Part shown: in pieces, positions 1 through 11,775 of the stretch
Position numbering within the stretch: the stretch's first letter is position 1
How the letters are laid out: every line of letters starts with the position of its first letter
Source of the DNA: Prorocentrum cordatum
Taxonomy: Eukaryota
DNA: 64,000 nt
NCBI GenBank assembly: GCA_963575745.1
Contig: CAUYUJ010000149.1
Span: forward strand, 1 to 64,000
Direction of reading: 5' to 3'
The notes under the pieces: generated by a model
Told to the model about the DNA's origin: nothing
The model's database searches: none
The model's input: only the letters and a program-made list of their open reading frames with translations
Position numbers and translations under genes: made by a program

Positions 1-30
1 CATCAGCATCATCATCATCATCACCATCAG

Positions 31-100
<70 letters not shown>

Positions 101-335
101 ATCATCATCATCAGCAGCAGCAGCATCAGCATCATCAGCATCATCATCATCATCATCATCGTCATCATCATTCTCATCCTCATCCTCATCACCACCATCA
201 GCATCATCATCATCACCATCAGCATCAGCATCACCATCATCCTCCTCATCATCCTCATCCTCATCCTATCCTCATCCTCATCCTCCTCCTCCTCCAGCTC
301 CTCCTCCTCCTTGTTCGCCTCCGCCCCCTCCTCCT
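1..335. repeat. (CAT)n/(CAG)/(CCT)n trinucleotide microsatellite, intronic
   Basis: Directly visible CAT runs grading into CCT. Confidence 0.95.
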
Positions 336-453
336 CCTCCGCTCGCGCTCGCTCTCTGGCCTGGAGGCCCCCGACCAGCGGCAGCGGGAGCAGGGGCAGG
401 ATGGGGAGCCGCAGGAGGCGGAGAGGCGGGGGCGGGCACCGGCGGAGGGAGGC

Positions 454-623
454 CTCAGGGCGGCCTGGTACCTGAAGGCGGCCTCTGCCAGGTACTCCCG
501 CGAGCCGCCCAGCCCCACCCGACCACGCATCAGCTCCACGTGCGCGTGAGAGGAGACGTCGTTCGCGAACTGCAGGAGCTTGACTTCGTCGGGGCTCTTC
601 ACCACTCGCGCTTCCGCAAGCTC
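454..623 (-). CDS. PEPD: Xaa-Pro dipeptidase (prolidase, M24B) exon 5; gene continues beyond the window start
   Basis: Reads ELAEARVVKSPDEVKLLQFANDVSSHAHVELMR...EYLAEAAFRY, matching the prolidase 'E.RV.K...E...L......SS.AH...M....EY..E..F' segment. AG acceptor at 625-624, GC donor at 453. Confidence 0.85.
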
Positions 624-1873
624 CTCCCCGGAGAGGGCTGGCGGATGGAGGAGAAAGAACTATGCACACACACACACACACACCGAGTCTGGCCGGGCCC
701 ATCCTGAGCCCAGGATCGGTGCATACGCCCTCCTACCTTGGCCCAGAAGGCAAACAGTCGGGGCGTTGACCTAAGGAACCCTAAATAAGGAACGAGGCCC
801 CTTTTTTCCATAAGTTAACCTTCGACTTCCGATCGAAAACCTGAGGAAAACCCGAGGCAAGCCGCGAAACACCTAAGGAACGCGGAGCCCCTCCCCAACG
901 AAGAGGGTTCCTTCCTCAGGGCCCCGACTGTATGCACCGAGCCTGGGTCATGGATGGGCCTTGCCAGGATCGGTGCACGTGCACAGCTCTCTTCGCCCGA
1001 GCAGAGGGGCGTGAGACGAGCAGGTGCTGGCTGGCTCGCGCCCGCCGCTCCGCCCTGGCGAGACCAGAGCACAGGGGAAGGGCAGAGGCTCGGGAAAGGG
1101 GGGAGGAGGGGGGAGGAGGGAGGAGGGAGGAGGGAGGGGGGAGGAGGGAGGAGGGAGGAGGGAGGAGGGAGGAGGAGAGAGGAGGGAGGAGGAGGAGGAG
1201 GAGGAGGAGGAGGAGGAGGAGGACGAGGAGGACGAGGCGGGGAGACATCAAGGAAACGACGACCCAAGGTGGCACCAGAGAGGGGTGGCCTGCAAGCACC
1301 GGGGCCCGAGGGACATGGGCCCGGCACCTCGGGGTTCTCCAAGGACCGGGCTTGCCCTCCGGAACTGCTATGGCGGCGCGCACAAGGGGGTGGAGGGAGG
1401 GGAGAGGGCTTCTTAGAAGGAGGCGGCTTCTTAGAAAGCGCCGGCCTCACATCTATGGACAAGGCCCGAGCCTTCTGAGAAGCAGGGGTGCTTCTAAGAA
1501 GCCCTCCCCCCTCCCCCCACCCCCCTCTGCGCGTGGCTGACTGCTCTTGATGGCCCCGGGGCCCGCAACCCGGCCTGGGGGGGGCCGAACGCAGCAGAAC
1601 GAGTCAGGATCCCTCACCCTCGGGATCCCCATAGATCCGACGTCGTGTTTTTTTTTCAATACGGGGTCCCCGGAAGTCTCGACCCGTTCCCCAGGACCGG
1701 TGTTTCATCCCGATTCGCTTTGTTGACGGTCCCCGGGCCTGGCAAGGGCCCCTGGAGGCCGAAACCGCATTGATTTTTCCAGTACGTTGGATCTCTGGGA
1801 CCCCTGCCCCTCCGGATCCCTTTGCTTTTCACCTCGTGGCGAAGGGGGTCTCTGCTCCCGCACCCGCGGGCTC

Positions 1874-2033
1874 CTCCCAGAGCGCCCGGGAGCCCTCGGT
1901 GCTCACAGGGACCTCGAAGCCCGCCAGGTCCGGCCTCTTGGGCTGCAGGCCAGAGTCCCGGTTGGTCCCGTCCAGCACCAGCAGGCACGAGGCCTCCAGC
2001 TCCGAGGACACCACCTTCGCAGCCTCCGCGGGA
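1874..2033 (-). CDS. PEPD: Prolidase exon 4
   Basis: Reads (D)PAEAAKVVSSELEASCLLVLDGTNRDSGLQPKRPDLAGFE...RALWE, matching prolidase 'LL.L.G.N.DSG'. Joins exon 5 in frame via a GA donor (LWE|ELAEAR). The 5' boundary could instead be 2023. Confidence 0.75.
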
Positions 2034-3815
2034 CTAGCAAAAAAAAACCTCCGCCCACCCATCCAGGGAAGCACGCCTCCTCCCCTCTCAGGGGAGGCAC
2101 TGCCCGTCGCACGCCAGATGTGGGGCTACCTTTGCCGATGCCCTGTGCCTCACAAGAGAGCCATAAGCTCGCAAAACAGTTCACAACATAAACAGGCTGT
2201 CTGGCAACAGAGAAAACATTGGGGGCGCAAAAACGCTGAACACGGGGAAGCTTCAACGGCACGCTGTAAATCGCAATGGGGAACGGAAGCAAAGAGCAAG
2301 GCCAGAGACCTGCGGAATCGTCCGGAACGGCGGTGGTACGCAAGATGTGTTTGCCAGTCAATGGTTGTTTCGATGCTTGCAGATATCTGTTGGCGTCCAG
2401 TGCTCTGCCTGGGATGGGCTCTCGCCTTTAAACAGAGAACATGTTGCTCTGTCCTTTCCTCGTCCTCCCTCCGATCTCCCTCCCTTCTCCCTCCTCTTTC
2501 CCACCGGCTCCCTTCTCCCGCCTCCACTCCTTCTCTCTCTCATCATATCCCTCCCTCCCTTCCCCTCCCTCTCCATCTTATATATATTTTTGTTTATAGA
2601 TCCTTCTCTCTCTCCCTCTATTTCTGATGTATAGGTGTATCTCGTTACATCAAATGTCCTTCCTCTGATTCGACAATATCCACTCATGTCGTCCACTCTC
2701 TCCTCATCCACTGTTTTCCGTTATCATGTCCTTTGCAGGAAATTGTCTTGTTGGTTTTCCTGCGTGGTTGCAGTGAAGTGCGAATTTACGCAGATGCGAA
2801 CTACGACCCTCGCTCCACTGGGGTGCTGCCAGACGCAGCACTGTCGCCACTTTCCTGCGGTCCTGCGGTGTCTAAGAAGAACGCGGCCCTGCGTAGACCC
2901 AGCCTACTACCCGCGGCTCCCTGTGTGCTGCCGAAAGCAAAATCGTAGCAACGATCCTGCGCCCTTGTGGCCTGGATGGTCCAGTGGACTGCGATTTCAC
3001 GTAGATCTACACTACTACCCCTGCTCCCCCGGATGCTGCCAAATGTACTCTGTCGCCCCTCTTCCTGCGCCCTTGGAAAGTCCAACAGAGGGTCCCACAA
3101 GCATCCAAATGGGATCTCGCCTCCCTGAGTTGTGCTGAACGTCGGGGGCGCGTTGCATACGTCTCTGGGTAACTGTGCCGTTTTGAGTGATGTGCATGTC
3201 CTTGCCTAGCATGTCATGATATTGCCCATGTTGTTCGTGTGTCGCTCCTTCTACGCGAGTTGCAGACACTCGTGGTGGGACTCGAAGTGCCCATTCCTCA
3301 CACATTTCGCATCGATACCCATATTCCGCGAGGAGCAGCCACTACTCAATGCAAGTAAGAGGCGATGGGATGTACGCGCCCGTCCATCTTCTCAGAAGAG
3401 ATTTGAAACGAATCATTGATATTGGACAACACCGATTCCACTCTCAAAGTGAACAACAAATGATCGCGTAATTGCGTAGTCACCTTTTCCATCAGAGGTC
3501 AGACGCATATGATACCTCTACTATCTCAGGAAATACCTCGGTCTGACCGCCGCACCTCAGTTCACTTGAGAGGGGTCGCTGAGGGAGGCGGTGCGGCAAA
3601 AGGGGGAGGTGGCGACCGAGGACCGAGGAGGAGGAGGAGGAGGAGGAGGAGGAGGAGGAGGAGGAGGAGGAGGAGGAGCAGGAGCAGGTGGGAGCTGGAG
3701 CAGCAGGCGAGGGACCGCGCAGGGCAGGAGCGCGGCGGCGCAGCTCCGGCAGCAGCGGCAGGCCCTCCGCCCTGGAGGGGCCTCCTCGGACCCGCCCTCG
3801 CCGCCGCCCGCCAGC

Positions 3816-3838
3816 TCCACGAAGCGTGCCTCGTCGAC
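3816..3838 (-). CDS. PEPD: Prolidase micro-exon 3 (about 23 nt)
   Basis: Reads VDEARFV(D), continuing 'AYE|VDEARFV' (cf. prolidase Y.VD.V.Y.D). AG acceptor at 3840-3839, probable GC donor. 3' boundary uncertain. Confidence 0.65.
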
Positions 3839-4090
3839 CTCTGGAGGAAGGGAGGGAGGGAGGGAGGAGCGGGGAGGGGGGAGGGGAGGGGAAGGAGAGG
3901 AGGGAGGGAGGAGGAAACGGGCGTGCAGGCGTATGCGGATGCTCCGGCTCCAGCAGGGCCCCATCCTGGGCCCAGGGAGCGGTGCAGGCGCCCTCTCCTG
4001 GCTCGGCCAGGGAGCTGTAGTGAGCAGATCCTGAGCCCAGGAGGGGCCTCGCCAGGATGGGTGCAGGTGCCTCGTTCTCGCCGCCCGAAC

Positions 4091-4295
4091 CTCGTATGCC
4101 CGCTGGAACCAGGCCAAGGGCTTGATAGGGCCCATCCACGCCGCGTAGGACGGCGGGTAGTTCGGAACGAACAGCACAGAACGGCCGTCGGACACCCGCA
4201 GCGCAGCTCTGCAGCCGGGCTCCTTGACCCCGAAGAGGTACTGGAAATTGCTCTCCTGCTTGAAGTCCCAGACCGTGTCAGTGTCGTAGACCGAC
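4091..4295 (-). CDS. PEPD: Prolidase exon 2
   Basis: Reads SVYDTDTVWDFKQESNFQYLFGVKEPGC...GRSVLFVPNYPPSYAAWMGPIKPLAWFQRAYE, containing the aminopeptidase-P N-domain motif F.QES.F.YLFGV.EP. AG/GT boundaries. Confidence 0.9.
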
Positions 4296-4507
4296 CTCTC
4301 CTCTCGGGAGCGGCCAAGAGGGGGGTGTCCAAGAGGGGGGGGCGCAAATCATGGCCGGCGGCATGTGCGCGGCCCCAGGGGGGGCCGGGGACGTAATCGA
4401 ATAAGACGAGGCGCCATGAAATCTGGGGAAATACCATGGCCCACGCCATGATGTCCACCCCCCCCCTAGTCATCACCCCCCTCTTTGCCGCCCCCGAACC
4501 TCTCCTC
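4294..4507. mobile_element. Introner-like MITE forming prolidase intron 1
   Basis: 24-bp terminal inverted repeats at 4304-4327 and 4474-4497 (2 mismatches), flanked by the perfect 10-bp direct repeat ACCTCTCCTC at 4294-4303 and 4498-4507. Confidence 0.8.
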
Positions 4508-4720
4508 CCCACCCTCCAGGTAGACGACAGCGGAGCCCGGGACCTCCGAGCGCCTGCGCAGGCCCTCCAGCAGCCTCTCCCGGTTGTCCCTGTGCATGGA
4601 CATGGGCACCCGCAGTGCCCCCTCGCCAGCACAGAAGTACGCCTTCCCGCGCTCCCACCGGATGGTGCCACTGGCCTCCATGGATTCAGCCACGACCGCG
4701 CGCTCACGCGGCCTGAACAT
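4500..4720 (-). CDS. PEPD: Prolidase exon 1 (start ATG at 4720 or 4681)
   Basis: Reads ...GEGALRVPMSMHRDNRERLLEGLR...SAVVYLEGGEE, matching the prolidase N-terminus (L.VP......NR.RL...L......V.L.GGEE). GT donor at 4499, in frame with exon 2. Confidence 0.85.
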
Positions 4721-4984
4721 GCAACCTAAGAAGACGACACCCCTCTGGCTGGCTCGACGTCTCGCGGCGAGCGCTTGATAGAAGGCAACGGGGAGAAAGA
4801 CATACCCAGGGCGCACACGTCCTTTCCGGCACCAAGCAGTAGCCGCGACGGGCATGTGACCGCCCCCCAATCATGTGTCAGCATTTTGTTTGCGCGGGCG
4901 TGTTCACGGGTTGGGACCCCAAACGATGCTAGGAAAGTAACTATTCCCTGGCGGCGGCCACCGCTGATGATCGGGTGGAGGATC

Positions 4985-5023
4985 TCTGATGATGGTGCAA
5001 ATGCTGCTGCTGCTGCTAATGGC

Positions 5024-5069
<46 letters not shown>

Positions 5070-5194
5070 GTGATGATGATGGTGATGATGATGATGATAA
5101 TGATGATTTGAATGATGACGATGCTGCTGATGCTGATGATGACGGTGATTATGACGGTGATGGTGATGATGATGCTGATGAGATGATGATGATA

Positions 5195-5231
<37 letters not shown>

Positions 5232-5733
5232 CTATGATTACGATGCTCATGGTGATGACGATGATGCTGCTGATGGGGGTGATAATGATGATGTCGAAGA
5301 GGGTGATGCTGATAATGATGACGCTGCTGATAATAATGATGATGGTGATGGTGGTGGTGATGATGCTGATGCTGACGCTGATGCTGCTGATGGTGTTGAT
5401 GTTGCTGATGATGATGGTGATGATGATGACAATGACGATGATGATGCTGATGAACACGGTAACGGTGATGGTGTTGATGATGTTGATAATGATAGTGATG
5501 ATACTGATGATGCTGATGTTGATGGTGATGATGATGGTGATGATGGTGAAGGTGATGATGATGTTGATGCTGATGATGGTGATGCTGAGGTTGAGGTTGA
5601 TGATGATCGTGGTGATAATGTTGATGCTGATGCTGAAGCTGAGGCTGCTGCTGCTGATGATGGAGACGGAGATGATGGAGACGGAGATGGTGATGATGAC
5701 AATGACGATGATGACGATGATGACGATGATGAC

Positions 5734-5816
<83 letters not shown>

Positions 5817-5850
5817 GAGGGAGAAGGAGGAGGAGGAGGAGGAGGAGAAG
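4985..5850. repeat. Degenerate (GAT)n microsatellite
   Basis: About 830 bp of GAT/GCT/GGT triplets; source of the spurious poly-M/H/I ORFs. Confidence 0.95.
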
Positions 5851-7279
5851 GGGAAGAACGAGGAGGGAAAGGACGAGTTTCATTTCCAGTCGAGAGCTTC
5901 GCGAGAGCCATCGGCAACATGAAAGACCCATCCGGGCTAAGGTATTGGCCTATCCTTGTTGACAGGGTGGTGTCCTCCGCCCTCCTTTCACGTCCATGAC
6001 TTTGGCGAAGCCCAAAGTACACCTGCTATCAAAAGGGTGAAGACACGGGCGCTTCCCCTTGCCACCCCCAGCACAACCAATCCTGGCGCCCCTCCTCCCC
6101 CATCCTCCTCCTCCTCCTACCCCTCCTCCTCCTCAGAATCATAATCATAAAACGGAGAATCACCGCACGAAGCGCGCACCGAAACGCAAAAACGATAAGA
6201 GATCCGGTGCATCGGGGAGATCCTCTGTCCCCCCTCCCTCCTCCCTCCTCCCTCCCTCCCTCCCTCCTCCCCTCCCTCCTCCCTCCTCCCTCCTCCCTCC
6301 CTCCCTCCCTCCCTCCTCCCTCCTCCCTCCCTCCCTCCTCCCTCCTCCCTCCTCCCTCCCTCCCTCCCTCCCTCCTCCCTCCTCGAGCTCCCCCTGGGCG
6401 CTTCCCGTGCCCGCCGCCAAGAGGAGCCAGCACCGCAGCGGGAAGCCGTGCGAGGACTGGGGCGTGCGCCGCACCGGGCCGCATCGGCACGGAGGCCAAA
6501 GCGGACCGCATAAGGCGCGACGGGACGCACAGGGCCGCCACTCAGACCGTCAGCCAGCTAGAAGAAGAAAACTGCAATCAAGCGTCAAAAAGAAAAAAGG
6601 AAAGAAACAGCTAGCAAAAACAGAAAAAAAGAAAAGAAACGTCAAAAAGAAACAACAAATCAAACGTCAACTGAAAATCAGAAGCCAGAATGAGAAAAAA
6701 CGTCACAAACGTAAACTGTTGGCGCTCCGCGCGGGCTTCTTGAATCGGCGCGGGACCTCTCTCCCTGGCGCGCGGAGCGCGCCAGGGGCGGCTCCAGAGG
6801 CGCCGCCTGGGGGGCCCAGCGCGGATCCAAGAAATCCGCGCGGAGCGTGGACAGTTTATGTTTGTGGCGTTTCTCTTCTTCGATTCAGACCGTCGGCCTG
6901 CATCGTTCAGCATCGGATCGGGCCAGCCCAGATCGACATCGAATATCATCGGTCGGATCGAACATAGCCCTCCACTGGGTGCCCCCCGCCCTGCGGAAGG
7001 CCCTTGTAGTTAGACGGCCCAGCCCCGGCCCACCGAAAGTGCCCCACCGACTGGTCCACGGTAGAAGCAGGAACCTCGGCGCCGGTTCATCCCAGTCCAG
7101 CCTCCAACTCCTCCTCCTCCTCTTCAATATTCCTCCACTCTTGTTCCTTATCAATGATTTCTCCCCGTCGCACCCCGAGGCCAGCTTTTTAGGGCGGGCC
7201 GGGCGTTTCGCCTGAGATCTCCTCACCATCTATGACTCTGAAGCTTAAAAAGTGGCAACGGTTTAACAAATGCGGGTGG

Positions 7280-7600
7280 TTTTCGAAATGTGGCTCTCGC
7301 CTTAGCGCCGCGCACATTCGTTTTCAAAATTTGTAAGGGCTTCACGGATTAAGGACGGGTCGTTTTCAAAATGTGGCTCTCGCCGTAGCGCCGCGCACAT
7401 TCTTTATCAAATATTTGCAAGAGCTTCACGGATTGAGGGCGGCTTGTTTTCAACATGTGGCTCTCGCCTTAGCGCCGCGCACATTCGTTTTAAACAATTG
7501 CAAGAGTTTCACCGACTGAGGGCGGCTGCTTTTCAAAATGTGGCTCTCGCCTTAGCGCCGCGCACATTCGCTCTAAACATTTGACAGAGTTGTACGGATT
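7280..7600. repeat. Tandem minisatellite, about 83-bp unit, 4 copies
   Basis: ATGTGGCTCTCGCC(T/G)TAGCGCCGCGCACATTC at 7288, 7371, 7455 and 7538; the intervening sequences are also mutually similar. Confidence 0.9.
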
Positions 7601-7893
7601 CCCATGATGAGCGTAAGAAGTGGTGTTTTGGAAAGGTTCAGGATTACGCGGGTGCAACAGTTATGTTGATTCGCGGTGCTGAAGTCCCCATAAAAAGCGT
7701 TCTGGCACGATTCCGAATCGTCGAGACGCAGCAGTCAGGTGGATCCGTGGCGTTGAAAATCCCGAGAACGATGTTTTGGCATGCTTCCGGGTCTTCAAAC
7801 GGTTGTCTTCCAACGGGGCAGTTCCCTGTGAACAGGGAGCTTGGAAGGGAGGGTTAATTCCAACATCGTTGATGACTCTTGGGTTTACACTGG

Positions 7894-7924
<31 letters not shown>

Positions 7925-8161
7925 ATGTGTTCCTCCTCTCCTCCTCCTCCTACTGTCTCATCCTCCTCCTCCTCGTCCTCCAAATTCCTCGTCCTCTTCC
8001 TCCCTACTCCGCGCTCCCCGGTACTTCTTGGTCTAGGGCCATGGAGGCCCCCCGCGCTGCCGTGCCGAAGCGGGGTGCACCGAAGCAGACGTGCGCCATG
8101 AGGCAGGACGGAGACGGGCAGGAGAAGAGGGACCGGCCCCGAAAGGAGGACCTAGCGTTAC

Positions 8162-8720
8162 GTCGGGCATGTCCCTCTACAGGGGGAACGTTCAAAAATA
8201 GTCAAACAAATACTCTGGGGACGATTGTTTCACTATTTGTTTTTGACTATTTGGGGCTATGTTTTGACTACTTCTTATTTCTTCTTATTTCTCGTCCAAA
8301 GCCCGCCTGCAGGGGGACGCGCCCGACCCAAACCTTGCCCCCAGGCGCGGGGAGCCTCTGGATGGCCGTGCCTGGCCGCCGCCCGCCGCCCGCCGCGCCC
8401 CAGACCAGCTCGATGCCTGCCCCCACGCGCGCGGGCGAGCGCGGCGGCGCGCACCGGACTGGAAATCTGCCGCGCGGCCGGCGCCGTGCAGCAGGTTCTC
8501 GTGGCCCAGTGTGCCCCCAGCGCTTCAGGCCGTGGGGGCCTCCTGCTGAATACTGGGGTTAATTCGGGCGTGTCCCCCTACAGGGGGATTTTCGACGAAA
8601 ATTAAAAAGCACTCAAAAAATACTCCAAAATTGTCAAAAAACAAAAAAAAACTAAAAAATAGTCTCCAGACTATTTTTGACTATTTTTGAATATTCCTCC
8701 TGTAGAGGGACAGGCCCGAC
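8162..8720. mobile_element. MITE with about 45-bp terminal inverted repeats
   Basis: GTCGGGCATGTCCCTCTACAGGGGGAACGTTCAAAAATAGTCAAA at 8162 versus its near reverse complement ending ...CTGTAGAGGGACAGGCCCGAC at 8720. A third internal TIR-like copy lies near 8563. Confidence 0.75.
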
Positions 8721-10019
8721 TTGATACTGGGGACGCTTTCTGGGCCATGGGCACCGCTGGCAACATCCCACAGGTGTCGGGCACGCGCTGACGTCTACGA
8801 CGGATCCGTGGATCTGGCGCGTGGGCGCCAGATCCACGGATGGGGGAGGGTACGCAGGAGGCCAATGCCGCCTGATTTGACGACCCGAGCGCGCCGATGC
8901 TGCTCGAAAGCGGGACCCAACCCCTAATCCGCGCACCTCAATCGGGCGGGGGGCAATGGTGGGTGACCCAGCTGGGGGGTGAAGCAGAAGGCCCTCAAGG
9001 CTCAAGGGGCCCTTTGGGGCCCCTTTGGAAACCAGCCGGGGCCAAAAAAGGGGGCGTGAAGGGCCGCTTTAGGGCTCATTTCTTCACCGCCTCATTTGTG
9101 GATAAGCGCGGTCCACTACTCGCGAAGTAGCTACTCGCAAAGCATGTTGTCTTTCGGACGCTTGCGAGTAGGCACTCTGCGAATAGTAGAATTTGCTCGA
9201 TGACTTTAGCTCACCCGCCATTACCACCCGCAAGCCCTCATCCGCCAGAAAAGATGGTATACTATACCCAAAGGCCTCGTGGGCCGGTCGAGAGCCCTGG
9301 TCGTGGGTCTGGTCTACAAAACTCCCTCCCTGGGGCGTGGCTTCTGTCTGGTGAGAGTGACCCCCGGGCGGTGGTGTCTGACAGGGGCGCGGAGGGTACA
9401 ATGGGGGCTCGGCCGCAAGAAACCTCCGCAAGAAACCCAACCCTGAAATCCGCGATATGTTCAGTGAAAATCCACATGTGTCGATCGAAAATCGTCAAGA
9501 TTTGATTGGAAGCCCATCGAAATCCAAGAAACCCAGGGCACCCTGGCAAAATCCTACTGGTTTCTTGGCACGCGCCCCCACTGTATGGCACACCAACGAA
9601 AACTGAAGGACCTCCGCCCATGCTCTTGCCTTTCGTCGAGGGTGGCACGCGGACCCAGACTCCCGCCGCCATGATTTTGTTCGGAAGGTCGACCCCAGGA
9701 GGTCTCGACCCGTTCCCCAGGACCGGTTTCTCGTCCTGAATCGCTGTTTGACGGTCCTGCGGCCCAGTGAGGGCCCCCAGAGGCCGAAAACAGCGGAGAA
9801 CCTCCCGTCGCGGAGAGCCTCCCGTCGCGAAGAACCTCCCGTCGCGCAAAACCTCCCGTCGCGAAAAACAGCGAAAACAGCGGCAAACCTCCCGTCACAG
9901 CGCGAGGAAGTCTTGAGAGCCCCCGCCGCAGTGTTGGGGAGGGGCCTCCCCGCCCTGCGGCGGGGGGTGGCTCCTCCGCACCGGCGGCCCCGCAGCCCCC
10001 GCGGCACGGCCCGCACCTC

Positions 10020-10234
10020 AGGTCGGGCATGTCCACCTACATAGGAATTTGGGACGAAAGGGTCAAAATAGCGGTGACATGCTCAAGATACACACATCTA
10101 TATAGATATATAGAGAGACATATCTATATCTATACATATATGTGTGTATATAGATATATGTATATATTTACATATATATACACAACAGCAAAACACAAAA
10201 AATATTCCTCGTGTAAAAGGACGTGCCCGACTTA
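10020..10234. mobile_element. Short MITE of the same TIR family as 8162-8720
   Basis: GTCGGGCATGTCCACCTACATAGGAAT...ATTCCTCGTGTAAAAGGACGTGCCCGACTTAA. Confidence 0.6.
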
Positions 10235-10409
10235 ACCCGCACCCTTTTGGCCCGCCCGCGCCGGCACGGGGCGGCGCGCGGCGCCGCGGCAGCGCGGCGG
10301 GGTCCCCGCGGCCGCGGGCCGGCCGCGGCGCAGCGCGGGGAGGCGGGCGGGGGAGGAGTCCGGCAGGGGATCGAGGAGAGAGTCACCGCAGAGTGGTTGG
10401 AATTGGGGC

Positions 10410-10850
10410 ATCGAGGGTCCACGGGACATTCCACATCCTCTTGTGGGTGCAAGAGCAGGATTGTTGTTTGGGTCGTCGAGGACCCACGAGACCTGCCACG
10501 TTTTTTTCGGGGGTGCGGAAGCAGAGAGAGACGCAATAGAGAGAGTTGTGGTTGGGTCGTCGAAGATCCACGACACTTGCCACGTCTTTTTTTGTTGGAG
10601 GACGAAGAGAAAGACGCCATAGACAGAGTTGGGTTTTGTTTGGTCGTCGAGGATCCACGAGACCTGCCACGTCTTTTTGTTGGTGTGGAAGCAGAGAGAG
10701 AGAGAGTTGTTTTTTGGTCGTAGAGGATCCACGAAACTTGCCACGTCTTTTGCTGTTGGTGTTGAAGCAGAGAGAGACGCCATAGACAGAGTTCGCCGCC
10801 GGGGGGGCCAGCGCGGATCCAAGAAATCCGCGCGGAGCGCCGAAAGTTGA
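10410..10850. repeat. Tandem repeat, about 85-bp unit
   Basis: GGTCGTCGAGGATCCACGAGACCTGCCACGTC-like core repeated at least 4 times. Confidence 0.8.
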
Positions 10851-11775
10851 TTTTCATGGCGCTTTGTCTTTTTTGACTGTGGATCCGGCGAAGGAACCAA
10901 GTTCGGGGCAAACCAGGTCTGTAGTCGATCCCCTGCTCAGAGGAGGGTGGAAAGGGCTCGGGCTGGGGCCGCAGCCGCCTGCTCGTCGCGCCGAGGCTCG
11001 CGGGCGAAAGGCACACCCGTGGCCCGCAGTCGCGGCCTCGCGGGCCGTGCCCCTGATCGGCGGCGGCATCCGAGTCCTACCCCCACCAGCCATCGATTCT
11101 CGTGCATCGATGGGGGGCAGGGGCAGGGCTCGCATGTCGCCGCGCGCTCGACGGATTCCGAACCCCGCAGTAGGGGGTCGGCCACAAGAAACCTTCCACA
11201 AGAAACCCAACCCTGAGACCCCAGGACGTCCATCCACTTTTGGTGTGGGAACGTCACGCTTTGTGGAGCAAAACCACCGAAACCCAAGAAACCCAGGGCA
11301 CCCTGGAGGCAAGCAAGGGGTTTCTGGGCATGGGGCTCCACTGTATCCCACCAGCCGTCGATTGCCCTGTATCGATGGGGGGGCGTGGGCAAGACTCACA
11401 CTTCGCCGCGTACTCGACGGACTCCGAGCCCTTCCCCCCGCCGCCCAGCGAGTTACCTCCTCCTCCTCCTCCTCCTCCTCCTCCTCCTCGTGCTCCTCCT
11501 CCTCCTCCTCCTCCTCCTTTTCCTCTCCTCCTCCTCCTCCTCCTCCTCCTCCTCCTCCTCCTCCTCCTAAACCTCCTCCTCCTCCTTCTCCTACACTCAT
11601 TCCCACTCCTACCCATCCTGCTCTTACGCAAGTTTTCAGGCCTCGAAAACTCCTCCTCCTCCTCCTCCTCCTCCTCCTCTCCTCCTCCTCCTCCTCCTCT
11701 CTCCTCCTCCTCCTCCTCCTCCTCCTCCTCTCCTCCTCTCCTGATCCTGATCCTGCTCCTCCGACTACTACTCCA

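Noticed and set aside
3492..3545. EVFPEIVEV resembling prolidase 'HPEIVE'
   Set aside because: That position is already filled in order by ALWE|ELAEAR (exons 4/5); coincidental.
4774..4791. Possible SL relic upstream of prolidase (CCGTTGCCTTCTATCAAG)
   Set aside because: Needs gaps and several mismatches; too weak to call. Similarly weak candidates at 34903-34923 and 47938-47951 were not counted.
4775..6022. Long poly-Met/His/Ile ORFs
   Set aside because: Translations of the (GAT)n microsatellite.
7280..7600. CRISPR-like array (32-bp partly palindromic repeat, 83-bp period)
   Set aside because: The 'spacers' are homologous to each other, there are no cas genes and the context is eukaryotic; it is a minisatellite.
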